A stretch of 64,000 nucleotides of DNA from an uncultured Porphyromonadaceae bacterium (GTDB taxonomy: Bacteria > Bacteroidota > Bacteroidia > Bacteroidales > UBA12481). A model generated the notes under the pieces. The model was not told the DNA's origin and searched no databases. It saw only the letters and a program-made list of their open reading frames with translations. The position numbers were made by a program, and so were the translations under genes. Shown here piece by piece: positions 28,690 to 38,258 of the stretch. The stretch's first letter is position 1, and each line of letters opens with the position of its first letter. The stretch covers positions 17,041-81,040 of the forward strand of contig CAZJNQ010000005.1 of NCBI GenBank assembly GCA_964547475.1. The letters are read 5' to 3'.

Positions 28690-28965
28690 ATGTTTTTAAC
28701 TGTTTTGATAGCTTCACTGGTCATGGTAGCCCTCGCGTTCCTGGGCCTGGGACTGAACATTATTTTCCGGAAAAACGGCCGCTTCCCGGAGCATGAGATC
28801 AGTTCAAACGCCAACATGAAGAAAATGGGGATCACCTGTGCCCGGCAGGATGAGATGAATCCGGATAAGGGCAGCTCCGGAAAGCCCGGAGATAAGGATC
28901 AAAAAACTCAACCACCCTTGCGGGATTGCGGATTGGGCTGTTCCTGCGCGGCTGATGAACTCTGA
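28690..28965 (+). CDS. Small predicted single-pass membrane protein with a C-terminal Cys cluster (hypothetical)
   Basis: 91 codons with an ATG start. It has an N-terminal hydrophobic helix (MFLTVLIASLVMVALAFLGLGLNIIF) followed by RKNGRFPEHEISSNANMKKMGITC...DCGLGCSC. The last 58 nt overlap the 3' end of apbE on the other strand. Coding status is unproven. Confidence 0.4.
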   Translation: MFLTVLIASLVMVALAFLGLGLNIIFRKNGRFPEHEISSNANMKKMGITCARQDEMNPDKGSSGKPGDKDQKTQPPLRDCGLGCSCAADEL

Positions 28966-29951
28966 ATCAGGCTTTCCATTCCCGGTGAGCGCCACTCCTT
29001 CATGCTCCCGTCCTCATCACCGTAAATGAAAAGTACCTCGATGCCCGGAATCGTCAATGCCAGCTCCTTTGACCTTTCAAGACCCAGAACCATGAACACC
29101 GTAGCCCATGCGTCAGCGTAAACGCATTCCTTCATGACCACGGTCGCCGACAGGAGATTGCTCCGTGCAGGATAACCGGTTTTCGGATCAATGGTGTGTG
29201 AATATTTCACGCCGTCCTCGACATAGAACTTGCGGTAATTCCCGGAGGTGGTCACCGACTGGCCGGACAGTAACAGGACCTGCTCAATCTCACGTTCGAG
29301 AACATTTTCAAGTGGCTTGTCAATGCCGATCCTCCAGTGATTTCCCTGCTGGTTTACTCCCAGGCACCGGACCTCGCCGCCTATCTCGACGAGATAATTG
29401 CGGATTCCCCTGGACTCAAAGAATTGCCCAATGACATCCGAAGCATAACCCGGCGCCACCGCATTGGGGTCAATCATGATGCGCGGATCCTGCTTGACCA
29501 GCCGGTCGCCCGAAAGGGTGATCTTCCGGTAGCCGGTAAATTCCAGGATGCTGTCAATCAGGGCCGGGGTTACCTTTTCCCTCGCAGTGAACCCGAATCC
29601 CCAGGCATTGACCAGCGGACCCACCGTCAGGTCAAAGGCTCCTCCCGATTTCTCCGAGATTTCCTGCCCGACGAGAAGGATCCTTACCAGGTCCTGATCC
29701 AGCCTGGCCGAAGTATCATTATGGTTAATCCTTGAGATGAGGGAGTTCTTATTGTATATCGATAGAGACCGGTCGATCCTGTCGAAAATAGCCAGGATAT
29801 CCGGTTCAAGCGTCCGGTTTTCGGGGTACTGGTATGAAATGTGGTAGGACGATCCGAAAACCGGACCATCCTGAACATGATAGACCGGTCGGGTCGAGCA
29901 ACCGGCTGATGTAAGCCCGGCAAGAGCAAAAAGGACAATGCGAATTGACAT
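28908..29951 (-). CDS. apbE: FAD:protein FMN transferase (ApbE), lipoprotein
   Basis: 347 aa with a lipobox (..LAGLTSAGC). ..FGSSYHISY........I......R.D.SLS.YN..S.ISR.N.. and ..A.GY..D.......G.....VEIGGE.. are ApbE-like. It lies directly downstream of nqrF. Confidence 0.9.
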   Translation of the reverse strand: MSIRIVLFALAGLTSAGCSTRPVYHVQDGPVFGSSYHISYQYPENRTLEPDILAIFDRIDRSLSIYNKNSLISRINHNDTSARLDQDLVRILLVGQEISEKSGGAFDLTVGPLVNAWGFGFTAREKVTPALIDSILEFTGYRKITLSGDRLVKQDPRIMIDPNAVAPGYASDVIGQFFESRGIRNYLVEIGGEVRCLGVNQQGNHWRIGIDKPLENVLEREIEQVLLLSGQSVTTSGNYRKFYVEDGVKYSHTIDPKTGYPARSNLLSATVVMKECVYADAWATVFMVLGLERSKELALTIPGIEVLFIYGDEDGSMKEWRSPGMESLIQSSSAAQEQPNPQSRKGG

Positions 29952-29996
29952 ATTGAATGCAAAAACGGTCCGGGTTTCGGGATATCAAAGGTAGTT

Positions 29997-31262
29997 CTAT
30001 CCGCCGAAATCATCAAAAGCGATCATCTCATCCGGAACGCCCAGGTTGTAAAGCATTTTCAGGACCGCATCATTCATCTGGGGCGGACCGCAAAGGTAAT
30101 ACTCGATTTCCTCCGGTTCCTCATGCTTGCTCAGGTACTGGTCAAACAGCACCTGGTGAATGAATCCCTCAAGGCCGGTCCATTTGTCTTCCGGCTTCGG
30201 CTCGGACAAAGCCAGGTTGAAGGTGAAATTCGGGAAATCACGCTCAATTTTTCGGAATGTCTCCTCATAAAAAACCTCTCTCTTTGACCTTGCTCCATAC
30301 CAATAGCTCACTTTCCGCGTCGATTTCCCGGTATGGAACAGGTGGAAAATATGCGACCTGAGAGGGGCCATGCCCGCACCTCCTCCGATATAGATCATTT
30401 CACGATCGGTCTTCTTGATATGGAATTCACCGTAAGGACCGGAAATGAACACCTTATCCCCGGGTTTCCGGGAGAAAATATAGGAAGAGCAAATACCCGG
30501 ATTGACGTTCGCAAAACCCGATTTGGCGGCATCCCACGGAGGAGTGGCGATCCTGATATTGAGCATGATAATGTTGCCCTCCGCCGGATGGTTGGCCATC
30601 GAATAGGCTCTGAAAGTCGGCTCCGGATTATTCATCCGAAGATCCCACATGTGGTATTTGTCCCACTCATCCCTGTATTCATTCTCCACCGCAATGTCGG
30701 TAAAATTGACCGAAATTTTCGGGACGTCTATCTGGATATACCCTCCCGATTCAAACTGCAAAACCTCGCCTTCAGGCAACTTGACGACAAACTCCTTAAT
30801 AAACGTAGCTACGTTGTGGTTGGAGACCACTTCGCATTCCCACTTCTTGATGCCGAGGACAGCTTCCGGGATCTTGACCTTGATGTTATTCCTGATCTTG
30901 ACCTGGCATCCCAGCCTCCAGAAGTTCTGCTTCTCACGGCGGGAGAAAAATCCCACTTCGGTCGGAAGGATCTCGCCCCCCCCTTCGATCACCTGGCATT
31001 TGCACAAGCCGCAGGTACCCCCACCCCCGCAGGCGGATGGCAGAAAGATCTGGTTGGCCGAAAGGGTGGACAGGATATTGGAACCCGGTTCAACTTCAAT
31101 CGTTTTTTCACCATTGATCTCAACCTGAACGAGTCCTTCCGGGGTCAGTTTCTTTTTTGCATAGAGCAATACCGCCACCAGTAACAATATGATCAAAAGG
31201 AAAACCAGTATGCTGACAGTGATTAAAAGTCCGGTGCCGATTGTTGTCTCAAGGAGTATCAT
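29997..31262 (-). CDS. nqrF: Na+-translocating NADH:quinone oxidoreductase subunit F
   Basis: 421 aa with an N-terminal TM helix. It has a 2Fe-2S ferredoxin motif (SACGGGGTCGLCKC) and an FAD/NADH-binding domain (RAYSMAN, GGGAGMAP). Confidence 0.97.
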   Translation of the reverse strand: MILLETTIGTGLLITVSILVFLLIILLLVAVLLYAKKKLTPEGLVQVEINGEKTIEVEPGSNILSTLSANQIFLPSACGGGGTCGLCKCQVIEGGGEILPTEVGFFSRREKQNFWRLGCQVKIRNNIKVKIPEAVLGIKKWECEVVSNHNVATFIKEFVVKLPEGEVLQFESGGYIQIDVPKISVNFTDIAVENEYRDEWDKYHMWDLRMNNPEPTFRAYSMANHPAEGNIIMLNIRIATPPWDAAKSGFANVNPGICSSYIFSRKPGDKVFISGPYGEFHIKKTDREMIYIGGGAGMAPLRSHIFHLFHTGKSTRKVSYWYGARSKREVFYEETFRKIERDFPNFTFNLALSEPKPEDKWTGLEGFIHQVLFDQYLSKHEEPEEIEYYLCGPPQMNDAVLKMLYNLGVPDEMIAFDDFGG

Positions 31263-31280
31263 GATGTTGCAGTTATTTCT

Positions 31281-31898
31281 TTAGATTTTAAATCCCATGA
31301 AACCCATAAACGCCAAGGCCATCAGCCCGACCAGGATGAAAGTGATGCCCAGGCCCCGGAGCGGCGCGGGTATGTTCGAATAGCGTATCTTTTCCCTGAT
31401 CGCCGCCAGGCTGATAATGGCAATTGCCCATCCCAGCCCCGAGCCAAAGGAAAAAGTGACTGATTCCCATACACTGCTGAATTCCCGTTGTTGCATGAAC
31501 AGTGCTCCCCCGAGCACCGCACAGTTGACGGCGATCAGGGGCAGGAAGATGCCGAGGGCGTTATAGAGTGAAGGGGAATATCGCTCAACGACCATTTCAA
31601 CCAGCTGAACGATCGCGGCAATCACGGCAATGAAAATGATGAAACTCAAAAAGCTGAGATCCACATCGGCCAGTTTTGGACTGATCCACGAAAGGGCGCC
31701 CTCAACCAACAGGTACTTCTCGAGCAGGTAATTGACCGGTATCGTTATGACCATCACGAAGATCACTGCGATCCCCAGCCCGACAGAAGTTTTAACGGTC
31801 TTTGAAACAGCAAGATAGGAACACATGCCTAAAAAATAGGCAAAGATCATGTTGTGAATAAAGACCGTATCGACAAAGAGATTTATATGGTTTTGCAT
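31281..31898 (-). CDS. nqrE: Na+-NQR subunit E
   Basis: 205 aa polytopic membrane protein, Rnf/Nqr E-type (..LGMCS.LAVS......GLG.AV.FV..). Its position within the nqrA-F order supports the call. Confidence 0.93.
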   Translation of the reverse strand: MQNHINLFVDTVFIHNMIFAYFLGMCSYLAVSKTVKTSVGLGIAVIFVMVITIPVNYLLEKYLLVEGALSWISPKLADVDLSFLSFIIFIAVIAAIVQLVEMVVERYSPSLYNALGIFLPLIAVNCAVLGGALFMQQREFSSVWESVTFSFGSGLGWAIAIISLAAIREKIRYSNIPAPLRGLGITFILVGLMALAFMGFMGFKI

Positions 31899-31910
31899 GG
31901 CTTGCCAGGA

Positions 31911-32549
31911 TTATTTCTTTTCAATAAGGCTTTTACTGCGGCTTCTCTGGATCCAGATGATCACACCGACCAGGATCAGGGCCATCGGGGGAGCAATCAT
32001 GAGTCCGTTATTGAGGTAGCCACCCGAATAGAGCCCGAGTTTTTCCATGACCGGATAATTCCAGACGGTTCCGGATCCGAGCAATTCCCTGACAAAGGAG
32101 ACGACTATCAGTATCCATCCATAGCCCAGTCCGTTGCCGATACCATCAACAAAGGAATCCCATGGCTTGTTGGCCATGGCAAATGCTTCAAGCCGTCCCA
32201 TGATGATGCAGTTGGTGATTATAAGGCCTACGAAAACGGATAACTGCTTGCTGACATCAAAAACAAAGGCCTTCAGGATCTGGTCGACCAGGATAACCAA
32301 TGCGGCAATGACCACCAGTTGAACGATGATGCGTATCCGCACGGGTATGGATTTTCTGAGTAATGAGATGATCAGGTTGGAAAAGGCCGCGACGATGGTC
32401 ACGGACACGGCCATGACAAAGGCCGGCTTCATTTTGACTGTGACAGCCAATGCCGAACAGATCCCAAGAACCTGTACCGTTATCGGGTTTTGCAAGTTCA
32501 AGGAATTGGTAAGAAGTTTCAGGTTTTTTGATGAAAATATCTGGCTCAT
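31911..32549 (-). CDS. nqrD: Na+-NQR subunit D
   Basis: 212 aa: ..NP...[11 protein letters not shown].... and ..[16 protein letters not shown]... Confidence 0.93.
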   Translation of the reverse strand: MSQIFSSKNLKLLTNSLNLQNPITVQVLGICSALAVTVKMKPAFVMAVSVTIVAAFSNLIISLLRKSIPVRIRIIVQLVVIAALVILVDQILKAFVFDVSKQLSVFVGLIITNCIIMGRLEAFAMANKPWDSFVDGIGNGLGYGWILIVVSFVRELLGSGTVWNYPVMEKLGLYSGGYLNNGLMIAPPMALILVGVIIWIQRSRSKSLIEKK

Positions 32550-32560
32550 GTCCTCTGCAA

Positions 32561-33280
32561 TTATTTACTGTTGGTTAAAAATGGCAGGTAATTCTTCATA
32601 CAGTCAAAGATCGTCTTCTCCAGTCCTTTGCTGGTAATCGTTCCGCCTGAAATCGCGTCAACCGCGTGTTCCGGGTCCCGGGGCTCATTCATTTTTACGA
32701 TGGAGATTGATACAAACGCCCCGTTCTCGTTGAAGATCCGCTTGCCGGAAAAAGGCTCCTGAAACCATCGGGTATTGATCTCGGCTCCAAGGCCCGGGGT
32801 TTCTCCCTGATGATCAAAGAACACTCCGAAAATGGTGTTCTTGTCATCCTTCAGCGCCACGTAACCCCAGATGGGACCCCAGAGCCCTTTCCCCAGGACG
32901 GGAAAAATGTAATTCAGGCTGCCGTCCTCCAGATGGCATATATATATTGGATAAGCGCGCTGAGTGGAGTCTTTGTCCATTTCGTCGTTGGGATCAACCT
33001 GAAAAGCATCGATCCCCTTAAGGGTATCTCCCTTGTAATTCACTGCCAGCGATTCGGTAATGTATTTGGCATATTCACCGTCAACATACGCATTCTTGGA
33101 ATCAGCCGTGGAAACATCCCAGCCCTTGTTGACGGAATGCAGTATCTCCAGCTTTTTGGCAATCTCCAGGTTTTTCTGCTGGAACGGTTTCAGCACATTG
33201 GCTGCCAAAGCCAGCAGGGTGGCAACCAATGCCACCAATACCGTGGAGTAGATGAAAATATAAGTGTTGCTCTTATTCAT
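32561..33280 (-). CDS. nqrC: Na+-NQR subunit C
   Basis: 239 aa with a single N-terminal TM helix. It has an FMN-attachment-type motif ([12 protein letters not shown]). Confidence 0.92.
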   Translation of the reverse strand: MNKSNTYIFIYSTVLVALVATLLALAANVLKPFQQKNLEIAKKLEILHSVNKGWDVSTADSKNAYVDGEYAKYITESLAVNYKGDTLKGIDAFQVDPNDEMDKDSTQRAYPIYICHLEDGSLNYIFPVLGKGLWGPIWGYVALKDDKNTIFGVFFDHQGETPGLGAEINTRWFQEPFSGKRIFNENGAFVSISIVKMNEPRDPEHAVDAISGGTITSKGLEKTIFDCMKNYLPFLTNSK

Positions 33281-33302
33281 GGCTCATGGTAATTGTAATG
33301 AT

Positions 33303-34475
33303 TCAGACCTTATGGATGGCCCGTTTTAGCCTTCTCCTGATATTTGCCTGGACGACAAAATGATCAATCAGCGGGGCGAAAACGTTCATAAGCAGGATTG
33401 CCAGCATGACCCCCTCAGGATAGGCGGGATTGGCAACACGGATCAGGATGGACATCACCCCGATGAAGAAACCGTAATACCATTTCCCGGTTTCGGTTTG
33501 GGAAGCGGTAACAGGATCAGTGGCCATAAATACGATGCCGAAGGCAAATCCGCCCAGGAACAAATGGTAATAGAACGGCAATTCGAGATAGGAAGAGCCG
33601 CCGATCAGGTTAAATATCCCTCCCATGAACAGCGCGCCGATCGCTCCTGATAGCATGATCTTCCAGGAACCGATGCCGGTAACGATGAGAATGACTGCCC
33701 CGATCAGGATTGCGAGCGTTGAGGTTTCCCCGATGGATCCCGGTATTGTCCCCAGGAACAGGGTCGAAAGGTCCGGAATCTTGTCGGCATGGCCGGCAGC
33801 CAGTTCACCTAAAGGGGTTGCACCGCTGAAGCCGTCAACGATGCCTGTCCCCTTTGTAAGGCCTGCAATCCACACCTTGTCACCGGACATGTACGCGGGA
33901 TACGAAAAGAACAGGAAAACCCTGGCGAGCAGGGCCGGATTGAATACATTCATCCCGGTGCCCCCGAAGATCTCCTTCCCGAAAATAACAGCAAAGGCGG
34001 TCGCAATGGCAACCATCCACAACGGCACGTCAACTGGCATGATCAGGGGAATCAGCATGCCGCTGACCAGGAAACCTTCATTAACTTCATGCCCTTTGAT
34101 CTGGGCAGAAATGAATTCGATGCCTAATCCGGTAACATAAGATACAACTATGATCGGCAACACTTTAACAAATCCGAAGCCCAGACCCTGCCAGGAAAAG
34201 AAGGGCAGGTCACGGCCAATCGCAAGGAAATGCTGGTAACCGGTATTCAGCATGCCGAAAACAAGGGCCGGGAACAGTGCGATGAGCACAACGGTCATGG
34301 TCCGCTTGAGGTCAATGCTGTCCCGTATATGCGCACCCTTGTGGGTGACTTTATCGGGTACGAACAAGAAAGCCTCAAACGCATCGAATGTTGAATGCAA
34401 TATTGACAGCTTGCCGCCCTTCTCAAACCGGGGCTTGATCCTGTCAACCAATTGCCGTAATTTTTTCGCTTTCAT
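33303..34475 (-). CDS. nqrB: Na+-NQR subunit B
   Basis: 390 aa polytopic membrane protein. It has an FMN-attachment motif (DGFSGATPLG) and the N-terminal ..HSTFDAFE.FLF.. segment. Confidence 0.95.
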   Translation of the reverse strand: MKAKKLRQLVDRIKPRFEKGGKLSILHSTFDAFEAFLFVPDKVTHKGAHIRDSIDLKRTMTVVLIALFPALVFGMLNTGYQHFLAIGRDLPFFSWQGLGFGFVKVLPIIVVSYVTGLGIEFISAQIKGHEVNEGFLVSGMLIPLIMPVDVPLWMVAIATAFAVIFGKEIFGGTGMNVFNPALLARVFLFFSYPAYMSGDKVWIAGLTKGTGIVDGFSGATPLGELAAGHADKIPDLSTLFLGTIPGSIGETSTLAILIGAVILIVTGIGSWKIMLSGAIGALFMGGIFNLIGGSSYLELPFYYHLFLGGFAFGIVFMATDPVTASQTETGKWYYGFFIGVMSILIRVANPAYPEGVMLAILLMNVFAPLIDHFVVQANIRRRLKRAIHKV

Positions 34476-34502
34476 TATGTTTTGACATTCAAATGAATCT
34501 CT

Positions 34503-35861
34503 CTAGCTCATCTCTTTTCTGACCAGGTCAAGTCCTGAACGCAGAATTTCCTGAACATCGGTCTTTGATGTGCAAATCACCTCGCACAACGCCATATCTT
34601 CCTCGATAACTTCATAAATGCCGAGTTCCTCCATTTTATCGATATCCTCGACCAGGATAGCTTTCAACAGGTGAACCGGATGTATGTCCATGGGAAGGAC
34701 TTTCTCATACTGACCGGTGACCACGAACGCCCTTTGACCTCCGTTCAGGTTGGTATCCAGATCCCAGCTCCTTTTCGGGAAAAGAGAGCTGAGAAAGGTC
34801 CTCGACATGCTGAACTTGTTCATTCCGGGCAAGGCCCACCCGAAAAATTCAAAATAGCTGCCTTCCGGGATCACCGACACGAGCGAATCATAGAAACCCA
34901 GAAACCCGTCGCAATCAATACGGCTGCCGGTCAGCACCGTCCCGCTTATTATCCTGGGGGGAAGTTCCGAATCATTCAGATTTCCCTTCAGCAGGGGAGA
35001 AACCTGGGCACCCGTTTTAACTTGAAAATACCGGGGTTTTGCTATCCGTGAACCGGCCAGGGCGAGAGTCCAGTTAAAATCAGGCCGGCCCAGAATAAAG
35101 GTCCTGCCGATCAGGGATACTAACTGCGGAGTGATCGTCCACACGATCTCTCCCTTGTTCACGGGGGCCAGGTGATGTATCTGCACTCCCGTGTTCCCGG
35201 AAGGATGCGGGCCATCAAAACAGGTATATTCAACGGAGGGAATATTGCTGAAAACGGCAGAATCAGCCTGCCCGGCGGCCAGGCCCAGATGAACCTTGCC
35301 AGATGTCAATTTTGCCAGGGCTTTAATCCCTTCCGCAAAAGACTGCTTTTCGGCATCCAGTATAAAATCAAAATCAGGCGAGAGAGGCGATGAATCAAAA
35401 CACGAAATGAAAATGTCCCGCGGAATATCCGAAGGCCTGGCCACGATTCCAAAAGGCCTCTGGATCAATGCCGGCCACAATCCGGCACGCAGTATCTGCT
35501 CCTTGACCTGGGGGCTTTCCATCCGTGCCGGATCACCTTGAATCAAGGCAACCGAATCCGGGCTTCCGGATGAACGGACCACGACCGAGAGGAGTTTGCG
35601 CCTTTCACCCCTGTTGACCGATTCAACGGATCCGGCGACCGGAGACACCAGTACGATTTCCGGATGCACCTTGTCAGCCAGGATCGGCGTACCTGCAATT
35701 ACAGCTGCACCCGGCTTCACCAATACCCTCAGGTCCAATCCTTTAAAATCGGGTGGCTTGATGGCAAACAAACCGGTCAGTTCAGGCGTCGCAAGAGACT
35801 TGAAAGCCTGCCCCTTGAGCCTGATATCTAACCCGCGTCTGATTTTGACTACCTTTGGCAT
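34503..35861 (-). CDS. nqrA: Na+-NQR subunit A
   Basis: 452 aa: MPKVVKIRRGLDIRLKG.A........P....A..P.DF.G...R.LVK.G..V.AG.P....K. Confidence 0.95.
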   Translation of the reverse strand: MPKVVKIRRGLDIRLKGQAFKSLATPELTGLFAIKPPDFKGLDLRVLVKPGAAVIAGTPILADKVHPEIVLVSPVAGSVESVNRGERRKLLSVVVRSSGSPDSVALIQGDPARMESPQVKEQILRAGLWPALIQRPFGIVARPSDIPRDIFISCFDSSPLSPDFDFILDAEKQSFAEGIKALAKLTSGKVHLGLAAGQADSAVFSNIPSVEYTCFDGPHPSGNTGVQIHHLAPVNKGEIVWTITPQLVSLIGRTFILGRPDFNWTLALAGSRIAKPRYFQVKTGAQVSPLLKGNLNDSELPPRIISGTVLTGSRIDCDGFLGFYDSLVSVIPEGSYFEFFGWALPGMNKFSMSRTFLSSLFPKRSWDLDTNLNGGQRAFVVTGQYEKVLPMDIHPVHLLKAILVEDIDKMEELGIYEVIEEDMALCEVICTSKTDVQEILRSGLDLVRKEMS

Positions 35862-35891
35862 ATCATTGGCATTTATTTTGAACTAGATGCA

Positions 35892-35899
35892 CAAAAATA
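35892..35899 (-). promoter_or_regulatory. Candidate -7 box (TAnnTTTG) for the nqrA-F/apbE operon
   Basis: The minus strand reads TATTTTTG, about 31 nt upstream of the nqrA ATG at 35861. Confidence 0.5.
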
Positions 35900-35926
35900 T
35901 ATTTTTTGTGTTATTCACCTAACAAT

Positions 35927-37258
35927 ATGAAAATATTTATTTATATAGTTATCTTATTCTATATTAGTACATTTAAGGGGAATGTTTACGGTAAAGGTTC
36001 ATCAAAAATAAAACATTACACCGACAGTGTTCTCGATCAGGAAGAAATAGTTTTCAGCGATCAGGTTTACCGGGAAACGATAAAAACAGTCGAGCTTTAC
36101 CGGTCGGGCTGGTCTTTGTCCTTCCCCTACCGAAACCTGAGGGATACAACGACCCTGGTGCTGGAATTTGACGACCTAACCGGACAGCCGGAGAACTTCA
36201 CTTATACTCTCATTCATTGCAATTCCGTATGGGAACCGACGGACATGCCTGAATCAGGTTTTCTCGACGGATTATCGGAAGCTGAAATCCGCGACTACCG
36301 GTTCTCCAGGAATACATTGCAACCCTATGTCCATTATTCCCTGGCCATTCCCAATCCGGATATCGGATTTAAGATTTCAGGCAACTATCTCTTGTTTGTT
36401 TATGAGGACCACGACCGGGAAAGACCGGTTCTGACCCGGCGGTTTTGCATTATCGAACCCAAAGTGGGCATCCGTGCAGACGTCCATCGGACCGACAACC
36501 TGGACTTTTTGGACTCCAAGCAGGAGATCGATTTTTCGGTTGAATATTCCCGGGTGCCCGCCGACAATCCGGCCAGGGATTTTACTGTTACCATTCTTCA
36601 GAACTTCGGTTGGAATACTGCCGTCACCGGCCTGAAGCCCAGGTACATCCATCCGGAGTTACTTATATATGATTATGAAGAAGAGAATCTTTTCCCGGGC
36701 GGCAGCGAATTCAGGCATTTCGATACCAAGTCCCTTCGTTTCAATTCCGACCGTGTGGCCGGGATCCGGTTTGAAAAACCAATCAGGCATGTTGACCTCA
36801 AGACCGATCACCCCAGGGACCTGAACTCATACGAGTATGAGCAGGACCTGAACGGTATGTACCTGGTCAAGTGGGATGACGCGTCTGATTCAGATACGGA
36901 GGCTGACTATGTCATGGTCCATTTTGCTCTTCAGGTACCCGCTGCCCTGGATGGTGATGAGGTTTACCTTTATGGAGGATTGACCGACCGCAGTATCGGA
37001 CCGGTGTCCAGGATGAGCTACGATCCCGTAGTCCGTGAGTACAGCCTCGACCTCCTTCTCAAGCAAGGCTATTACAATTATTCTTATTGGGTTACCGGTC
37101 CCGGCCTTGATCCTGTCTATCCCAATCCCGTGGAAGGATCTTTTTTTGAAACTGAAAATGACTATTGTATTTTTGTCTATTATCGCGATATAAGAGAGCG
37201 ATTTGACCGGCTGGTCGGGTTGCAAACAGTCAGTTCATCGAAATCTTCAGGAAATTAG
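35927..37258 (+). CDS. DUF5103-like protein (type IX secretion system plug protein family)
   Basis: Starts at the ATG at 35927 (MKIFIYIVILFYISTFKG..); the track start at 35906 is a TTG. ..IKTVELYRSGWSLSFPYRNL.D...LVLEFDDL.G....F.YTLIHCNSVWEP.. matches my recollection of DUF5103/T9SS plug proteins. No HMM search was run. Confidence 0.6.
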   Translation: MKIFIYIVILFYISTFKGNVYGKGSSKIKHYTDSVLDQEEIVFSDQVYRETIKTVELYRSGWSLSFPYRNLRDTTTLVLEFDDLTGQPENFTYTLIHCNSVWEPTDMPESGFLDGLSEAEIRDYRFSRNTLQPYVHYSLAIPNPDIGFKISGNYLLFVYEDHDRERPVLTRRFCIIEPKVGIRADVHRTDNLDFLDSKQEIDFSVEYSRVPADNPARDFTVTILQNFGWNTAVTGLKPRYIHPELLIYDYEEENLFPGGSEFRHFDTKSLRFNSDRVAGIRFEKPIRHVDLKTDHPRDLNSYEYEQDLNGMYLVKWDDASDSDTEADYVMVHFALQVPAALDGDEVYLYGGLTDRSIGPVSRMSYDPVVREYSLDLLLKQGYYNYSYWVTGPGLDPVYPNPVEGSFFETENDYCIFVYYRDIRERFDRLVGLQTVSSSKSSGN

Positions 37259-37261
37259 TTG

Positions 37262-38086
37262 ATGGTGGAAAAACCTTTTCGTATATTTGTCAAAGCCAGT
37301 AGGATTATCCGGAGCATTCCCCTGCTCGTCCTGTCTTTCCCCGTGTTCTTTGCTATATCGACAGGAAGCTTTGCACAGGGAGAGGTCGATGATCAGCCCA
37401 AGATCTTTTTCCGGAATGAGAAAACATGGTCAGGCAGCCTGTTTTCCAACGGCTGGGGAGTCAATTACCGGTTTGCCAAAAGGATCAACGCTTTCAGCAG
37501 CTACATCATCGATGCCGACCTGGCCATGATCCGCCACCCCAAGGAGATCCAGAGCCAAAGTCCGTATAAGGGAGTCTGGGGCCGGTCCTATGTTTTCGGC
37601 AAGCTGAACGAAACCTTTATCCTGCGCAGCGGTTTAGGTTATCAGAAAGAAATGTTCGGAAAAATGGATCAGGGCGGAATTTCCATCCGGTTTTTTACCG
37701 GGGGAGGATTGTCGCTGGCCATCCTGAAACCTATCTACTACCAGAAGATTACCGAGTACAATGAGTACTACTTTCCGACGGAATATGAAAGTTCACCTTT
37801 CGACCCGGACTACATGCAAAGTGTTTATGACATCTACGACAAGGAGCCCTTCTGGATTGGCATTAAAGGAACCACCGTTTGCCCCGGTGTTTTCATCAAA
37901 GCCGGCCTCTGTTTCGAATACGGTTCGGAGGACAGGACCATCAATGCCCTGGAAGGAGGGATTCAACTGGAAGGTTTTATGAAAAAGCTTCCGATCATGG
38001 CTCTCGAGAATAACAAACAGCTTTTTGTCTCCCTTTTCGCCGCTTACCGGTTCGGAAAAGTGGTTGATGCCCGTCTCCGGAAATAA
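37262..38086 (+). CDS. Hypothetical secreted or outer-membrane protein, coupled to the plug-like gene
   Basis: The ATG at 37262 lies 3 nt after the upstream stop. There is an N-terminal hydrophobic segment (IPLLVLSFPVFFAISTGSFAQ). Alternating beta-strand-like segments occur (..GWGVNYRFAK.., ..GISIRFFTGGGLSLAIL.., ..LFVSLFAAYRF). I recognise no family. Confidence 0.5.
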   Translation: MVEKPFRIFVKASRIIRSIPLLVLSFPVFFAISTGSFAQGEVDDQPKIFFRNEKTWSGSLFSNGWGVNYRFAKRINAFSSYIIDADLAMIRHPKEIQSQSPYKGVWGRSYVFGKLNETFILRSGLGYQKEMFGKMDQGGISIRFFTGGGLSLAILKPIYYQKITEYNEYYFPTEYESSPFDPDYMQSVYDIYDKEPFWIGIKGTTVCPGVFIKAGLCFEYGSEDRTINALEGGIQLEGFMKKLPIMALENNKQLFVSLFAAYRFGKVVDARLRK

Positions 38087-38258
38087 TCCCCCTCTTCCGG
38101 ACTCAAGTTCTTACCATAATCATTCCTGGAATGTGCGGAAAAGCCCGTAAACAGTGAATCTCGAAAAAAAAAAGTAAATTTTGGTTTATTCAATTTTTTT
38201 GTATTTTTAGACCCTATATTCCTTGGGGAACCTACGCTGTTATTGAAATTTTAAGATT

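Noticed and set aside
30333-31184. Plus-strand 283-aa and 159-aa ORFs inside nqrF.
   Set aside because: The opposite strand encodes an unmistakable NqrF (2Fe-2S motif and FAD/NADH domains), so these are shadow ORFs.
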